Positions 26,956-36,709 of a stretch of DNA of 39,793 nt are shown here, in pieces. The translations under genes were made by a program, and so were the position numbers. The notes under the pieces were generated by a model. The model was not told where the DNA came from, ran no database searches, and was given only the letters and a program-made list of their open reading frames with translations. The first letter of the stretch is position 1; each line of letters opens with the position of its first letter. The stretch lies in the sequence record NC_048136.1. One strand, written 5' to 3'. This stretch comes from Escherichia phage Ro45lw.

Positions 26956-29238
26956 ATGGCTAGTAATATCGAATCAGCTTTAGCTAACCGGACTATGGGC
27001 CGTGGTCGCGCTCCGGGTAAAGCTATCAGTGTCGACTACCAGGCGGCTAGCGTTCAGGGGCAGACTGGGGACTCCGGTCTTGCCCGTGCGCTCACTAACT
27101 TCGTTGAGTCGGGTACAGGTCTGTACAAGCAGTTCCAAGAGAAGGCCAAGAACCTTGGGGATGAGAGGTCTAACGAGATTATTCGTAAGCTGACTCCCCA
27201 GCAAAGGCGTGAGGCCATCCAGAACGGCACTCTGCTGTATCAGGACGACCCATACGCAATGGAGGCACTGAAGGTCAAGACTGGACGAAACGCTGCCTAT
27301 GCGGTAGACGATGAGATTAACGTCAAGATTCAGAACGGTGAGTTCCGCACCCGTCAGGATATGGAGGAGTATCGCCACCAGCGACTTCAGGATGCCGCTA
27401 AGTCCTACGCTGATGAGGCTGGTATTAATCCTAACGATGAGCACTTCCAGCGTGGATTTAACGCAGACATCACGGACCGTAACGTAGCCATCTATGGGTC
27501 GTTCAATAAGTATTTCTCTAAGCAGTCCGAGAATACTGCTATGCTGAACACCCGTGTAGAGCTGAACTCGTTCCTGAATGATGGGGACCTGATGCGCTCA
27601 CCTGAGGCAGGCAAGTCTTTCATGGCGTACCTTCGCGATGGGCTGACCACTGCCGCCATTCCGTCTGACCAGAGAGCGACTGAAGTTATCTCTCAGACGG
27701 TACGGGACGCAATCCAGAAGTCTGGTGGGGCTAACTTCCTACAGCAGATTCGACAAGAGCGCATCACCCTTAACGGAGTGGACGCCACAGTCGAGGAGCT
27801 TGTCGGGCCGGAGGTCTTCAACGCCGCTCTGATTGAGGCCCAAGGAACCGAGTACAAGCTGGTGGCTAAGTATCAGGAAGACCTAGCGTTGGGAGTTCAG
27901 TCTGCCCTGCTTCAGGATGACCCGACTATTGGTCTGGCTCAAATCCAGAAACTCAAGGCTCAGAACAACCAGCTCCAGCCGGGTGAGGAGATGACACCAC
28001 AGCGTCAGATGCTCATCAATGCTGAGGCCAGTCTCTTAGAGACCGTGAAGCGCAAGTCCGCTGAGCAGGCCAAGGAGAACGTTAAGCTCATCCAGACGCA
28101 GAACAAGCAACTGGTCATCGACCAAGTGTATCAGAGACGACTGGCTGGGGACAACGTGTCCACCAACTATGAGGACCTTCCGGTATCTGAGGCTACTGGT
28201 GAGTTTAAGCGTTCGGACATGAACAACTACGCTATGGGTAAACTACAGCAGATTGACCAGATGGACATCCCGCAAGCTGCGAAGGATGCACAGAAAGTCG
28301 CCCTGCTGCGAGCTGATACCAATAACGGTCCATTCCGTAACGCCTACCAGACGTTGACTCAGGACGCTGCTGGTGAGTGGCAAGCTGCGGTCATCCGTGG
28401 TCAGTACGACCCAGACAAGATGCAACGCTTTGAGTCCCTGCGCCGGGCGTACACTCAGGACCCTTCCAGCTTTGCGGCCCTCTACCCTGACCAAGCCCAA
28501 CTGTTCACCACGTTCGACCAGATGGACAAGATGGGTCTGGACCCTCAGACGATGATTGACGCTGACAAACAGGCTGCTAGTCAGTCCCGTGAGATGCGCA
28601 TTGAGTCCGACAAGGCGTGGCAGGAGCTGAAGAACGACTCGAAGAACAAGGACCTCTCGCGTCTGCCGACGAGTCTGGACGCCAGTGCTCGTAAGGTCTG
28701 GGACTCTTGGTACTACCGCACAGGTAACGCTGATGCAGCTACCCAGAACACCCAGAAGTGGTTGAACGAGAACACCGTGACTTTCAGTGATGAGGGTCAG
28801 GACGGGAAGTCCATTGGCATGGTCTCCAAGCATCAACTGATGGTCGGGGACAACCCTGAGTCATGGCAGGTGGGTCGAGACATTATCGACACCGCTCGTC
28901 AGCAGCTCATCAAGACTAACCCTTGGGTCGTGAACTCTCAGCTCTCCGTGGTTGAGCAGAACGGCTCGGTCTTCCTCCAAGACGCTACCGGGACTATACG
29001 AATCAAGTATGATAAGGAAGTCGTTGGTAAACTGTACCGTGAACAGCAGAAGAAAGCTGAGGATAAAGCCTACGCTGAGGCCGAACGTAAAGCCAACACC
29101 CGCGCTCGTATTGTCGAGACTAAAGCGGCTGGTGATAAGCGGCGGAATGAGCGAGAAGCTAATGTCCGTGACCGGGGCGGTATGTACAAAGACGTCTCAC
29201 TGGAGGGTATCGCAAACGTACTAATCGGTAAGGAGTAA
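26956..29238 (+). CDS. 15: Internal virion protein gp15-like
   Basis: LGDERSNEIIRKLTPQQRREAIQNGTLLYQDDPYAMEALKVKTGRNAAY is nearly identical to T7 gp15; collinear throughout. Confidence 0.9.
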   Translation: MASNIESALANRTMGRGRAPGKAISVDYQAASVQGQTGDSGLARALTNFVESGTGLYKQFQEKAKNLGDERSNEIIRKLTPQQRREAIQNGTLLYQDDPYAMEALKVKTGRNAAYAVDDEINVKIQNGEFRTRQDMEEYRHQRLQDAAKSYADEAGINPNDEHFQRGFNADITDRNVAIYGSFNKYFSKQSENTAMLNTRVELNSFLNDGDLMRSPEAGKSFMAYLRDGLTTAAIPSDQRATEVISQTVRDAIQKSGGANFLQQIRQERITLNGVDATVEELVGPEVFNAALIEAQGTEYKLVAKYQEDLALGVQSALLQDDPTIGLAQIQKLKAQNNQLQPGEEMTPQRQMLINAEASLLETVKRKSAEQAKENVKLIQTQNKQLVIDQVYQRRLAGDNVSTNYEDLPVSEATGEFKRSDMNNYAMGKLQQIDQMDIPQAAKDAQKVALLRADTNNGPFRNAYQTLTQDAAGEWQAAVIRGQYDPDKMQRFESLRRAYTQDPSSFAALYPDQAQLFTTFDQMDKMGLDPQTMIDADKQAASQSREMRIESDKAWQELKNDSKNKDLSRLPTSLDASARKVWDSWYYRTGNADAATQNTQKWLNENTVTFSDEGQDGKSIGMVSKHQLMVGDNPESWQVGRDIIDTARQQLIKTNPWVVNSQLSVVEQNGSVFLQDATGTIRIKYDKEVVGKLYREQQKKAEDKAYAEAERKANTRARIVETKAAGDKRRNEREANVRDRGGMYKDVSLEGIANVLIGKE

Positions 29239-29243
29239 TAACA

Positions 29244-29693
29244 ATGAAGAACGGAACAGCCAGTGAGAGACTGGCACGTCTTTCGACTGTAGAAGTAACT
29301 GGCTGTGTCCGATTCACTGGAGGACTCAACAGTAGTGGTTATGGAAACCTATGGGTCGATGGTAAGACAGTTGGAGCGCATCGTGTTGCCTATGAGTTAG
29401 CGAACGGTCCGATACCTAAGGGTAGCGTACTTCGTCACACTTGTGACAACAGGTACTGCGTGAATCCTGAACATTTAGTCTTGGGAACACATCGTGAAAA
29501 CATGGAGGATATGACCAAGCGAGGCCGTCAGGCGAGAGGCTCTAAGATCAGCACGTGTGTGCTGTCCGAGGAGGACGTAAGGTCTATACGCTCAAGTGAT
29601 AAAAGTGGTGTGGAACTGGCACAGATTTTCGGAATCTCACCAGTAACTATTAGTCGAATCAAGAGGAGATTAACATGGCAGCACGTGGAGTGA
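29244..29693 (+). CDS. HNH endonuclease (free-standing, putative homing endonuclease), 149 aa
   Basis: SGYG...GPIPKGSVLRHTCDNRYCVNPEHL; paralog of the 18013 ORF; RBS AAGGAG; sits between genes 15 and 16, where T7 has no gene. Confidence 0.85.
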   Translation: MKNGTASERLARLSTVEVTGCVRFTGGLNSSGYGNLWVDGKTVGAHRVAYELANGPIPKGSVLRHTCDNRYCVNPEHLVLGTHRENMEDMTKRGRQARGSKISTCVLSEEDVRSIRSSDKSGVELAQIFGISPVTISRIKRRLTWQHVE

Positions 29694-32600
29694 GAAATAA
29701 TAACATAGGAAATATCCGCATCTCTAAAGACCAGTGGGAAGGTGCTACCGGGGACGATGGTGCTTTCGTAACCTTCGATAGTCCTGACTCCGGTGTCCGC
29801 GCTCTGGCGAAGAACCTGATGTCTTATGGTAGGCAGGGCTACGACTCTATCGAGAAGATTATCAACCGTTGGGCACCCCCGAACGAGAACGACACAAAGT
29901 CCTACATCGACTCGGTGGTATCCGCTACTGGCATCCCTGCGACCCAAAGTCTCGACCTGTCCAACCCTGATGTCTTGGCCTCTCTGTCTGAGGCTATCGG
30001 CTACCATGAGACTGGCTCCCGGTATGATCCTGAAGTCTATAAGACTGGAGTCTCTCGCGCCTTAAGCGGTGCGGGAGGAATCACCCCAAAGACTCCACCA
30101 GTAAGCGCTAACGTCTTCGACGCACTGACGGAGGGACTGAAAGCTAAGCCTAAAGTCTCCCTCGGTGAGAACCTTCCGGGCGTTACTGGTATGAACATTG
30201 AAGGTCAAGCGCCGGAGGCACCCAATGAGTCCTTCGGTGAGATGTTCTATAAGTCCACTGGCGAAACGCTGGACCAACGAGAGGACCGCTCTACTTGGTT
30301 CGGCTTTGGAGGAGCTGCTGAGGCCGAGGTGAAGAACTCACTGTTAGGCGTGGCTGTCCGCGCTGGTCAGACCGAGGACTCGCTGGATGTGATTGGCGAT
30401 GTGTTTAACCCTACCCGCTGGAATGACCACAAGTGGTCCCGCGAGGAGTTAGACCAGATTCGTAACGCTGGGGTATTACCTCAGTATTACGGAGTCATCA
30501 CAGGCGGTTCACCTCAGAACCTGACCGAGCTTATTAACTTGGCGCTGGAGAACCAGAAGTTAGACGCTGAGAAGGCTAAGGCCGGGACTGGCGCTCAACT
30601 GGCGGCTGGTGTGATTGGAGCTGGTGTAGACCCTCTGACTTACGTCCCGGTAGCAGGTCAGGTAGGTAAAGGAGGCAAGCTGGTAAACAAGATGTTCACG
30701 GTGGCTGCACAATCTGGCGCTCTTGCTGGTGGGTCTGAACTGCTGCGTACCTCGGTCGCGGGCGGCGATGCTCACGTTGCTGAAGCTGTAATGGGTGGCG
30801 CTCTGTTCGCTGGTGGGATGACTGCCATAGCTGATGGCATCGGCAAGGCCTTAGGTCGCTCCACCAATGAGTTCGCCGGACCTGCTACTCGACTGGAAGC
30901 CCGTGAGACTGCCCGTAATGTTGACGGTCAGGACCTTTCCCGTCTGCCAATCCGCGAGGGCGAGGAGACCTTCAGTCACCAAGGCGTTAAGTTCGCTGAC
31001 GTACCGAACGAGCCGGGAAGTGTTCGACTGGAAGATGGTTCAATCCTGATTGGCGAGAACCCACTGAACCCTAAGACACGTCAAGTCTTTGACGAGGTGA
31101 TTGAGCCTGAACGTGCTGCTGCTGGTATCAACCTTGGTGGACTCACTGAGATTGGCCTGAAGCTCCTGAGGTCTGAGAACCCTGAGATTCGCGGACTTGC
31201 CGCTGACTTGGTGCGCTCACCTACAGGTATGCAGTCCGGTGCCTCCGGTAAGATTGGTACTACGGCTTCAGACGTATTCGAGAGACTTCGTGCAGTGGAT
31301 CATCGGTTCTACAACGACATCGACGATGCGGTGACTGAGGCCCTGAAGGACCCATACTTCCAGACCAACTTCAACCGTGACACTGGTGCTTTCCGTCAGG
31401 ACATCTACCAGCGTGTGGCTCTGGCTATCGAGGACGGAAGCGGGAACCTGAAGTCTGAGCTGACTCCGGGCGAACTGAAGGTATATGACCTGCTGAAGAA
31501 CCAGTTTGACGCTAAGCGTGAGATGATGGAGAACCCTGCGATGTTTGGTCGGGTGGACGCTAAGTCTATCTTCCCCGGTAGCCGATTCAAGGGTACTTAC
31601 GTACCTCACGTTTATAGCAACCAGATGAAGCAACTGTTTATCAAGGAGCTGGGAAGTCCTGAGGCGCTACAGGAGGCAATCAAGAAGTCGTGGCTCACCA
31701 GCTATGCGTCAAGACCTGAGGTCAAAGCGCGGGTGGATGAGGCCCTGATGGAAGCAGACCCTAACCTTACTCCAGAAGGACTTTCTGCTGCGGTGGATAA
31801 GTACGCCAATGATAAGGCTTACGGTATCTCTCACACCGACCTCTTCGAGCGCTCATCTGTCATGGAAGAGAACATCAACGGTCTGGTGGGTCTGGAGAAC
31901 AACAACTTCCTTGAGGCCCGTAACCTGTTCGATAGCGATATGTCTATAATCCTGCCAAACGGTCAGCCGTTCAGTGTGAACAGCCTCCGCGAGTGGGACA
32001 TGGATAAGATTGTTCCGGCGTACAACCGTCGAGTCAATGGGGACATTGCTATCATGGCTGGGACCGGGAAGACTACGAAGGAGATGAAGGACGCAGTAGA
32101 GACCCTGATGAACCGTGCGGGTGATGACGGTAAGCTGAAGGGTGAAGTCTCTACATTGCGTGACACCCTGAAGATTCTGACTGGTCGTGCTCGACGTGAT
32201 GGTGCGGACGATGCTGCTTGGAACACTGTGTTGAGGACCATGACGGACTTATCGTTCTTCGCTAAGAATGCCTACATGGGTGTACAGAACCTTACTGAGA
32301 TTGGCGGGATGCTGGCTCGTGGTAACGTCCGTGCGCTGCTGCATGGAGTCCCGATGTTCCGTGACCTAGCCTTCCGTAACAAGAAGGTAGGGGCCTCAGA
32401 GATTAAGGACCTGCACAATGTCATCTTCGGTAAGGAACTGGACGACTCAATCCGTCCGTCCAAACAGGATGTCATCGACCGTCTGCGAGCTTATAGTGAC
32501 CTGAGTAAACCTGTGGCTACTGCTTTAGGTTCCGCCAAGTATTACACTGGCGAGCTTGCAGTCCGCTCCCCGTTTACGAAAGTCCTGAACGGGACGACGA

Positions 32601-33571
32601 ACTATCTGCTGGATGCTGGGCGTCAGGGCTTCTTGTCTGACATCGTGGAACACAGCCTGACCGGAAGTAAGCGTAAGTTTGATGACCGCTGGTTGAAGAC
32701 CGCTGGTATCTCAGACGAACAGTGGAAGGGCATTAAGTCCCTCATCCGTGAGTCCGTGACTCGTGGTCCAGACGGGAAGTACACCATCAAGGACAAGAAG
32801 GCGTTTAGTCAGGACCCAAGGTCTATGGACCTCTGGCGTATGGGTGACACCATCGCTGACGAGACACTTCTCCGTCCGCACAAGCTGAGCAACATGGATG
32901 CCAAGGCGTATGGACCTCTGGCGAAGACTGTCTTGCAGTTTAAGAACTTCGTCATCAAGTCCATCAACGGTCGAACCATGCGTACCTTCTACAACGCCAC
33001 CAAGAACAACCGAGCGATGGACGCTGCACTGTCAACGGTTATGTCTATGGGTCTGGCTGGAATGTACTACATGGCTCAGGCGCACATCAAGGCTTACTCT
33101 ATGCAGGACGGTCGTGACCGCGAGTACCTCAAGCAGGCCTTGAACCCGACTATGATTGGCTATGCGGCCCTGTCCCGTAGCTCCCACCTCGGTGGACCTC
33201 TTGGGGTAGCCAACATTCTGGGTGGCATCGCTGGGTATGAGGACACTAAGATGCTCCGCTCGTCTATCCTTCCGCGCTCACCTACCGAGAAGCCTGAACG
33301 TGCCATTACTTATGGTGCTGCCAAGAGCGACCCGGTGATGGGACTGGTGGGTAACTTCCTTGAGCAGGTTCCAGCTTTCGGCTACGCTGCTAACGTTGGC
33401 GCTTCGGCTTACAACTTGGCTGGCTACCTCAAGGCTGACACCCGTGTGAACGAACGAGACTACATGACCGGGATGTATAACACCTTCCGTGAACTGGTTC
33501 CGAACGACCCAATAACTCAGAAGCTCCTACTGGGAACATTTGAGGAACAGGGCATTCACATTAAGGACTAA
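29675..33571 (+). CDS. 16: Internal virion protein gp16-like (ejectosome core protein) with non-T7 N-terminal domain
   Basis: From about aa 133 (GGITPK...STWFGFGGAAEAEV...RLEARETARN...GTYVPHVY...RPEVKARVDE) collinear with T7 gp16; the first ~130 aa lack the T7 transglycosylase motifs. Confidence 0.9.
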   Translation: MAARGVRNNNIGNIRISKDQWEGATGDDGAFVTFDSPDSGVRALAKNLMSYGRQGYDSIEKIINRWAPPNENDTKSYIDSVVSATGIPATQSLDLSNPDVLASLSEAIGYHETGSRYDPEVYKTGVSRALSGAGGITPKTPPVSANVFDALTEGLKAKPKVSLGENLPGVTGMNIEGQAPEAPNESFGEMFYKSTGETLDQREDRSTWFGFGGAAEAEVKNSLLGVAVRAGQTEDSLDVIGDVFNPTRWNDHKWSREELDQIRNAGVLPQYYGVITGGSPQNLTELINLALENQKLDAEKAKAGTGAQLAAGVIGAGVDPLTYVPVAGQVGKGGKLVNKMFTVAAQSGALAGGSELLRTSVAGGDAHVAEAVMGGALFAGGMTAIADGIGKALGRSTNEFAGPATRLEARETARNVDGQDLSRLPIREGEETFSHQGVKFADVPNEPGSVRLEDGSILIGENPLNPKTRQVFDEVIEPERAAAGINLGGLTEIGLKLLRSENPEIRGLAADLVRSPTGMQSGASGKIGTTASDVFERLRAVDHRFYNDIDDAVTEALKDPYFQTNFNRDTGAFRQDIYQRVALAIEDGSGNLKSELTPGELKVYDLLKNQFDAKREMMENPAMFGRVDAKSIFPGSRFKGTYVPHVYSNQMKQLFIKELGSPEALQEAIKKSWLTSYASRPEVKARVDEALMEADPNLTPEGLSAAVDKYANDKAYGISHTDLFERSSVMEENINGLVGLENNNFLEARNLFDSDMSIILPNGQPFSVNSLREWDMDKIVPAYNRRVNGDIAIMAGTGKTTKEMKDAVETLMNRAGDDGKLKGEVSTLRDTLKILTGRARRDGADDAAWNTVLRTMTDLSFFAKNAYMGVQNLTEIGGMLARGNVRALLHGVPMFRDLAFRNKKVGASEIKDLHNVIFGKELDDSIRPSKQDVIDRLRAYSDLSKPVATALGSAKYYTGELAVRSPFTKVLNGTTNYLLDAGRQGFLSDIVEHSLTGSKRKFDDRWLKTAGISDEQWKGIKSLIRESVTRGPDGKYTIKDKKAFSQDPRSMDLWRMGDTIADETLLRPHKLSNMDAKAYGPLAKTVLQFKNFVIKSINGRTMRTFYNATKNNRAMDAALSTVMSMGLAGMYYMAQAHIKAYSMQDGRDREYLKQALNPTMIGYAALSRSSHLGGPLGVANILGGIAGYEDTKMLRSSILPRSPTEKPERAITYGAAKSDPVMGLVGNFLEQVPAFGYAANVGASAYNLAGYLKADTRVNERDYMTGMYNTFRELVPNDPITQKLLLGTFEEQGIHIKD

Positions 33572-33589
33572 ACTATCACTATAGGAAAC
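33567..33589 (+). promoter_or_regulatory. Phage-RNAP promoter (phi17-like)
   Basis: GGACTAAACTATCACTATAGGAAACG. Confidence 0.8.
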
Positions 33590-33636
33590 GGGACGCTACC
33601 ACAGGTCCCATTTATTTCAACACTTAAGGAGGCATA

Positions 33637-35646
33637 ATGGCTAACTCTACGCTGACTAAGTTCCCGTCTGGTCGGGTTCAATATAAGATTAACTTCCCGT
33701 ACCTAGCCCGTGCGTTCGTTGTGGTCACGCTTGTGGTCTCTACGGACCCGACGAAAGACAAGGTGCTGGTCGTAGGGAATGACTATCGGTTCCTCAACGA
33801 GACAACCCTTGAGATTCTGGCAGACCAGACCGGATTCGATATCATCCAGATTCACCGATTCACTTCGACAGAGCTGGTGGTAGACTTCCGTGATGGCTCG
33901 GTGCTGACTGCAAGCGACCTGTCCACAGCGGAGATTCAGGCCATCCATATTGCCGAAGAGGGTCGTGACCAGTCCATCAACCTAGCGTCCGGCTACACTG
34001 AGGAGGCCAAGAAGTACGCCGATGAAGCCAGTGATGCTCTGGAAGGCATTAAGGACATCGTTCAGGATGGGAACTTTGATACTACCTTGCGTCAGGACCT
34101 TCGTAGCGATACAGGCCTTTCCATGATTCACCGCAAGCTGCCGGACATTGGGGCTGTTAACGTTGGGATGGACGCCCTGTTCGGCAATATGCTCAACCCA
34201 GTAGACTTCGGGGCGGACCCGACTGGCAGTGTTGACTCTTACGCAGCTCTCCAGAAGTGGGCCGATGCATGTACTTCGCGTCCTTGGGCCTATGCGTTCA
34301 TCTCAGGCATCTTCAAGGTCAGCCAGCCAGTTACCTTCAGGAACATTAGAGGCATGACAATTTACGGACATTGCTACATCTACCCAACCTTTGACCAAGG
34401 GGACTACGTTGTGGGATTCTGCAACGGAGCAGGGCTACGTATTCACGGTCGGTTCGAGGTGTCTGGACAGAACAAGGTTAGCATTAAGACTGGTGTTAAG
34501 ATTTGGTCGGACATGAATCCTAACGGTTTCTCCTTCAGTTACTTCTATGGAATGTGTGTGTCCGATGCTAATCCGGGTATTACCCTTGGTGATACTCGAT
34601 ATGCTAACGCACTTCTCTCTGAGCTGTCCTTCATTGGTGGATATACCGTAGGAACCCCATGCTCAATTAAAGCTATCGGCACTCAATGCTACTTCAACGT
34701 GATTGGATTCGATGCGGTGACTGGGGGTGCTGGCGATTTAGCACAGGTAACGCCGTATACCTACCACCTTAAGGGTGCTCAGATGAAAGTCATTGGCGGA
34801 GAGATTCAGCATAATGATTCAATCGTGGGTGCTGCAATACTGTTGGAGCCTATCGTCGACCCTGTGCATGGCAACACCTATGGTAACGTTACAGTGGATC
34901 AGAGCCACTTTGAGGTTGCTAGTACGTGGGTTATGGTGGCAAACCTTGACGGAGTTCCTAACCCAATCAGCCACCGTTCGTCTGTGACGTTAATCGGACT
35001 TCACGGTTACCACAATCAGGATAATGGACCTGTGGTCTTGGTCCATGAGTCAGCTGATGATTATCGTGGCACAATCGTGACCCGTGACATCTCAATGTAC
35101 CGTGGAGACGATTCACCGGACCGTGTGAACATGAACATTCAGGCCCGCAACGCTTACGTCGATTATGACCGCAAGGGATTCGGTAAAGGCTTCGTGAGAG
35201 GACTTCAGGCTGTTCAGGGTGGAGTACTTAAGTTCGAGAAGTCCACTATATGCATCGCTCAGAACTCAGTAGGTCAGACTCATACGACTGCACCTAACAA
35301 CGTTCTGTACACCCAGTTCATCGCCAATGGGGACACTGACCGCTGGTCTTCCAACTACAATCCTGCGACTGGTGAGTTTACTGTTCCGGCTGGTGGGCTA
35401 AAGGATGTTCATGTGGAGGCAACTGTGGAGGTCGCTAGTTCAAGTCAGGTGACTATGGCTGTCTACGTGGACAACGACCGTAAGAACCTCGTTCAGACCC
35501 TGCCTGTAGCTGGTAACACTTCTGCATATCTGGGTCACCTCCCAGCAGGGGCTAAGATTAGCGTTAAGTGTCAGCTAGGTACTGGCTCAGGTGCATCTAC
35601 TGGCGCAGGTCTTGACCGAATGGTCATCACCGCTTCAAACTATTAA
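33637..35646 (+). CDS. 17: Tail fibre / tailspike with T7-like N-terminal anchor and beta-helix (pectate-lyase-like) C-terminal region
   Basis: N-terminal ~150 aa align with T7 gp17 ([33 protein letters not shown]); downstream [24 protein letters not shown] resembles pectate-lyase-type depolymerase domains. Confidence 0.85.
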   Translation: MANSTLTKFPSGRVQYKINFPYLARAFVVVTLVVSTDPTKDKVLVVGNDYRFLNETTLEILADQTGFDIIQIHRFTSTELVVDFRDGSVLTASDLSTAEIQAIHIAEEGRDQSINLASGYTEEAKKYADEASDALEGIKDIVQDGNFDTTLRQDLRSDTGLSMIHRKLPDIGAVNVGMDALFGNMLNPVDFGADPTGSVDSYAALQKWADACTSRPWAYAFISGIFKVSQPVTFRNIRGMTIYGHCYIYPTFDQGDYVVGFCNGAGLRIHGRFEVSGQNKVSIKTGVKIWSDMNPNGFSFSYFYGMCVSDANPGITLGDTRYANALLSELSFIGGYTVGTPCSIKAIGTQCYFNVIGFDAVTGGAGDLAQVTPYTYHLKGAQMKVIGGEIQHNDSIVGAAILLEPIVDPVHGNTYGNVTVDQSHFEVASTWVMVANLDGVPNPISHRSSVTLIGLHGYHNQDNGPVVLVHESADDYRGTIVTRDISMYRGDDSPDRVNMNIQARNAYVDYDRKGFGKGFVRGLQAVQGGVLKFEKSTICIAQNSVGQTHTTAPNNVLYTQFIANGDTDRWSSNYNPATGEFTVPAGGLKDVHVEATVEVASSSQVTMAVYVDNDRKNLVQTLPVAGNTSAYLGHLPAGAKISVKCQLGTGSGASTGAGLDRMVITASNY

Positions 35647-35661
35647 GGGAGAGAGAGAGAG

Positions 35662-35856
35662 ATGATTGAATTAGATTTTAAGAACGAGGCATTAAAGGCA
35701 TCGCCTATCGTCGGGACCGCAGCGGCTGATGGTGCCAGTCGGTTCTTCTTTGGGCTTACACTCAACGAGTGGTTTTACGTAGCCGCTATCGCGTACACCG
35801 TGGCGCAGATTGGCGTCCTCATCTACAAGACGATTAAGAGTGGAGGTAAGACATGA
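35662..35856 (+). CDS. 17.5: Holin (class II, T7 gp17.5-like)
   Basis: FFGLTLNEWFYVAAIAYTVAQIG nearly identical to T7 holin; preceded by a (GA)n purine tract acting as RBS. Confidence 0.85.
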   Translation: MIELDFKNEALKASPIVGTAAADGASRFFFGLTLNEWFYVAAIAYTVAQIGVLIYKTIKSGGKT

Positions 35857-36116
35857 CGCAGATGGACTTAGAGAAGTTCCTCTTAATGCTGGACACTGAA
35901 CGTGCTCGACTCATGCTGCAAGACCTGCGGGATGACTCCAAGCGTTCACCTCAGCTTTATAACTCCATCGAGAAGCTTCTGGCCCGTCACAACTTTGTGT
36001 TGAGCAAGGTGTCTGTGGACGAGAAGCAGTTGGCAGACATGGAGGCGCTGAACAGGGAGTACGATAAGGTGCTCTCAGCTACTGAGGATAATGACACCGG
36101 GTATGGTGTACAGTAA
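35853..36116 (+). CDS. 18: Terminase small subunit
   Basis: FLLMLDTERARLMLQDL...RSPQLYNSIEKLLARH aligns with T7 gp18. Confidence 0.85.
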   Translation: MTQMDLEKFLLMLDTERARLMLQDLRDDSKRSPQLYNSIEKLLARHNFVLSKVSVDEKQLADMEALNREYDKVLSATEDNDTGYGVQ

Positions 36117-36120
36117 GTGT

Positions 36121-36167
36121 TAGACTCAAGGTCATCTACTACATATAGTGGGTGGCCTTTATGATTA
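36121..36167 (+). promoter_or_regulatory. RNase III-type processing hairpin
   Basis: TAGACTCAAGGTCATCT...GGTGGCCTTTATGATTAA, third copy of the motif. Confidence 0.5.
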
Positions 36168-36218
36168 ACACTATGCGAGATGCGCTCTCGTGAAATCTGA
36201 GAAACAAGGAGGGCAACT

Positions 36219-36656
36219 ATGCTCAAACTTTTACGACAGGCCGTCCCTTGGCTGGTGGCAGGACTCCTGTTCTGTTCTGGCTACTGGGTGGCAGACAATA
36301 AGTGGGAGGCGAAGGTAAACAATGAGTACATCACGAAACTTGAGGCACGAGAGAATCAACGGGCTGCTGTCCAAGGTGAAATCGACAAAGTGTCAGCAGA
36401 GTGGCAAGACAAGATGTCCGCGCTGGAAGGCTCTACTGATAGGATTATTGCTGACCTTAACCGCGATAACAAGCGGTTGCGCGTCAAAGTCAACACCTCA
36501 GGTCTCACCGAGCGAGATATCAGTCGATGCTTCCCTAATGGTAGAGTCGAACTACACCCAGAAACTTCTAAAAGTCTTATCCGAATAGCTCAGGAGGCAG
36601 ACCTTAAGGAGAAGGCGCTTCAAGACACAATAAGGAGGCTCCAAGGTGTTAAGTGA
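36219..36656 (+). CDS. 18.5: Rz-like i-spanin
   Basis: N-terminal transmembrane segment ([16 protein letters not shown]) then a charged coiled-coil region; RBS AAGGAGGG. Confidence 0.8.
   Translation: MLKLLRQAVPWLVAGLLFCSGYWVADNKWEAKVNNEYITKLEARENQRAAVQGEIDKVSAEWQDKMSALEGSTDRIIADLNRDNKRLRVKVNTSGLTERDISRCFPNGRVELHPETSKSLIRIAQEADLKEKALQDTIRRLQGVK
36322..36588 (+). CDS. 18.7: Rz1-like o-spanin, embedded in Rz in a +1 frame
   Basis: Hydrophobic stretch [16 protein letters not shown] followed by Cys (lipobox-like) and a Pro/Ser-rich segment; start uncertain (ATG 36322 or GTG 36376). Confidence 0.5.
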   Translation: MSTSRNLRHERINGLLSKVKSTKCQQSGKTRCPRWKALLIGLLLTLTAITSGCASKSTPQVSPSEISVDASLMVESNYTQKLLKVLSE

Positions 36657-36709
36657 TTACTACATTAGAGGAGGCTATCTCTGTCCGGGACCTAATGCTG
36701 GAGGGCTCT

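Noticed and set aside
35648-35661. (GA)n microsatellite GGGAGAGAGAGAGA, considered as a repeat element or CRISPR-like signal
   Set aside because: A single short purine tract directly upstream of the holin ATG; it acts as a Shine-Dalgarno region, with no spacer-repeat structure
36653-36709. Terminase large subunit starting at GTG 36653
   Set aside because: ATG 36710 with an adjacent GGAGGG gives the same N-terminal length as T7 gp19; the GTG start has its Shine-Dalgarno 14 nt away. Kept as an alternative
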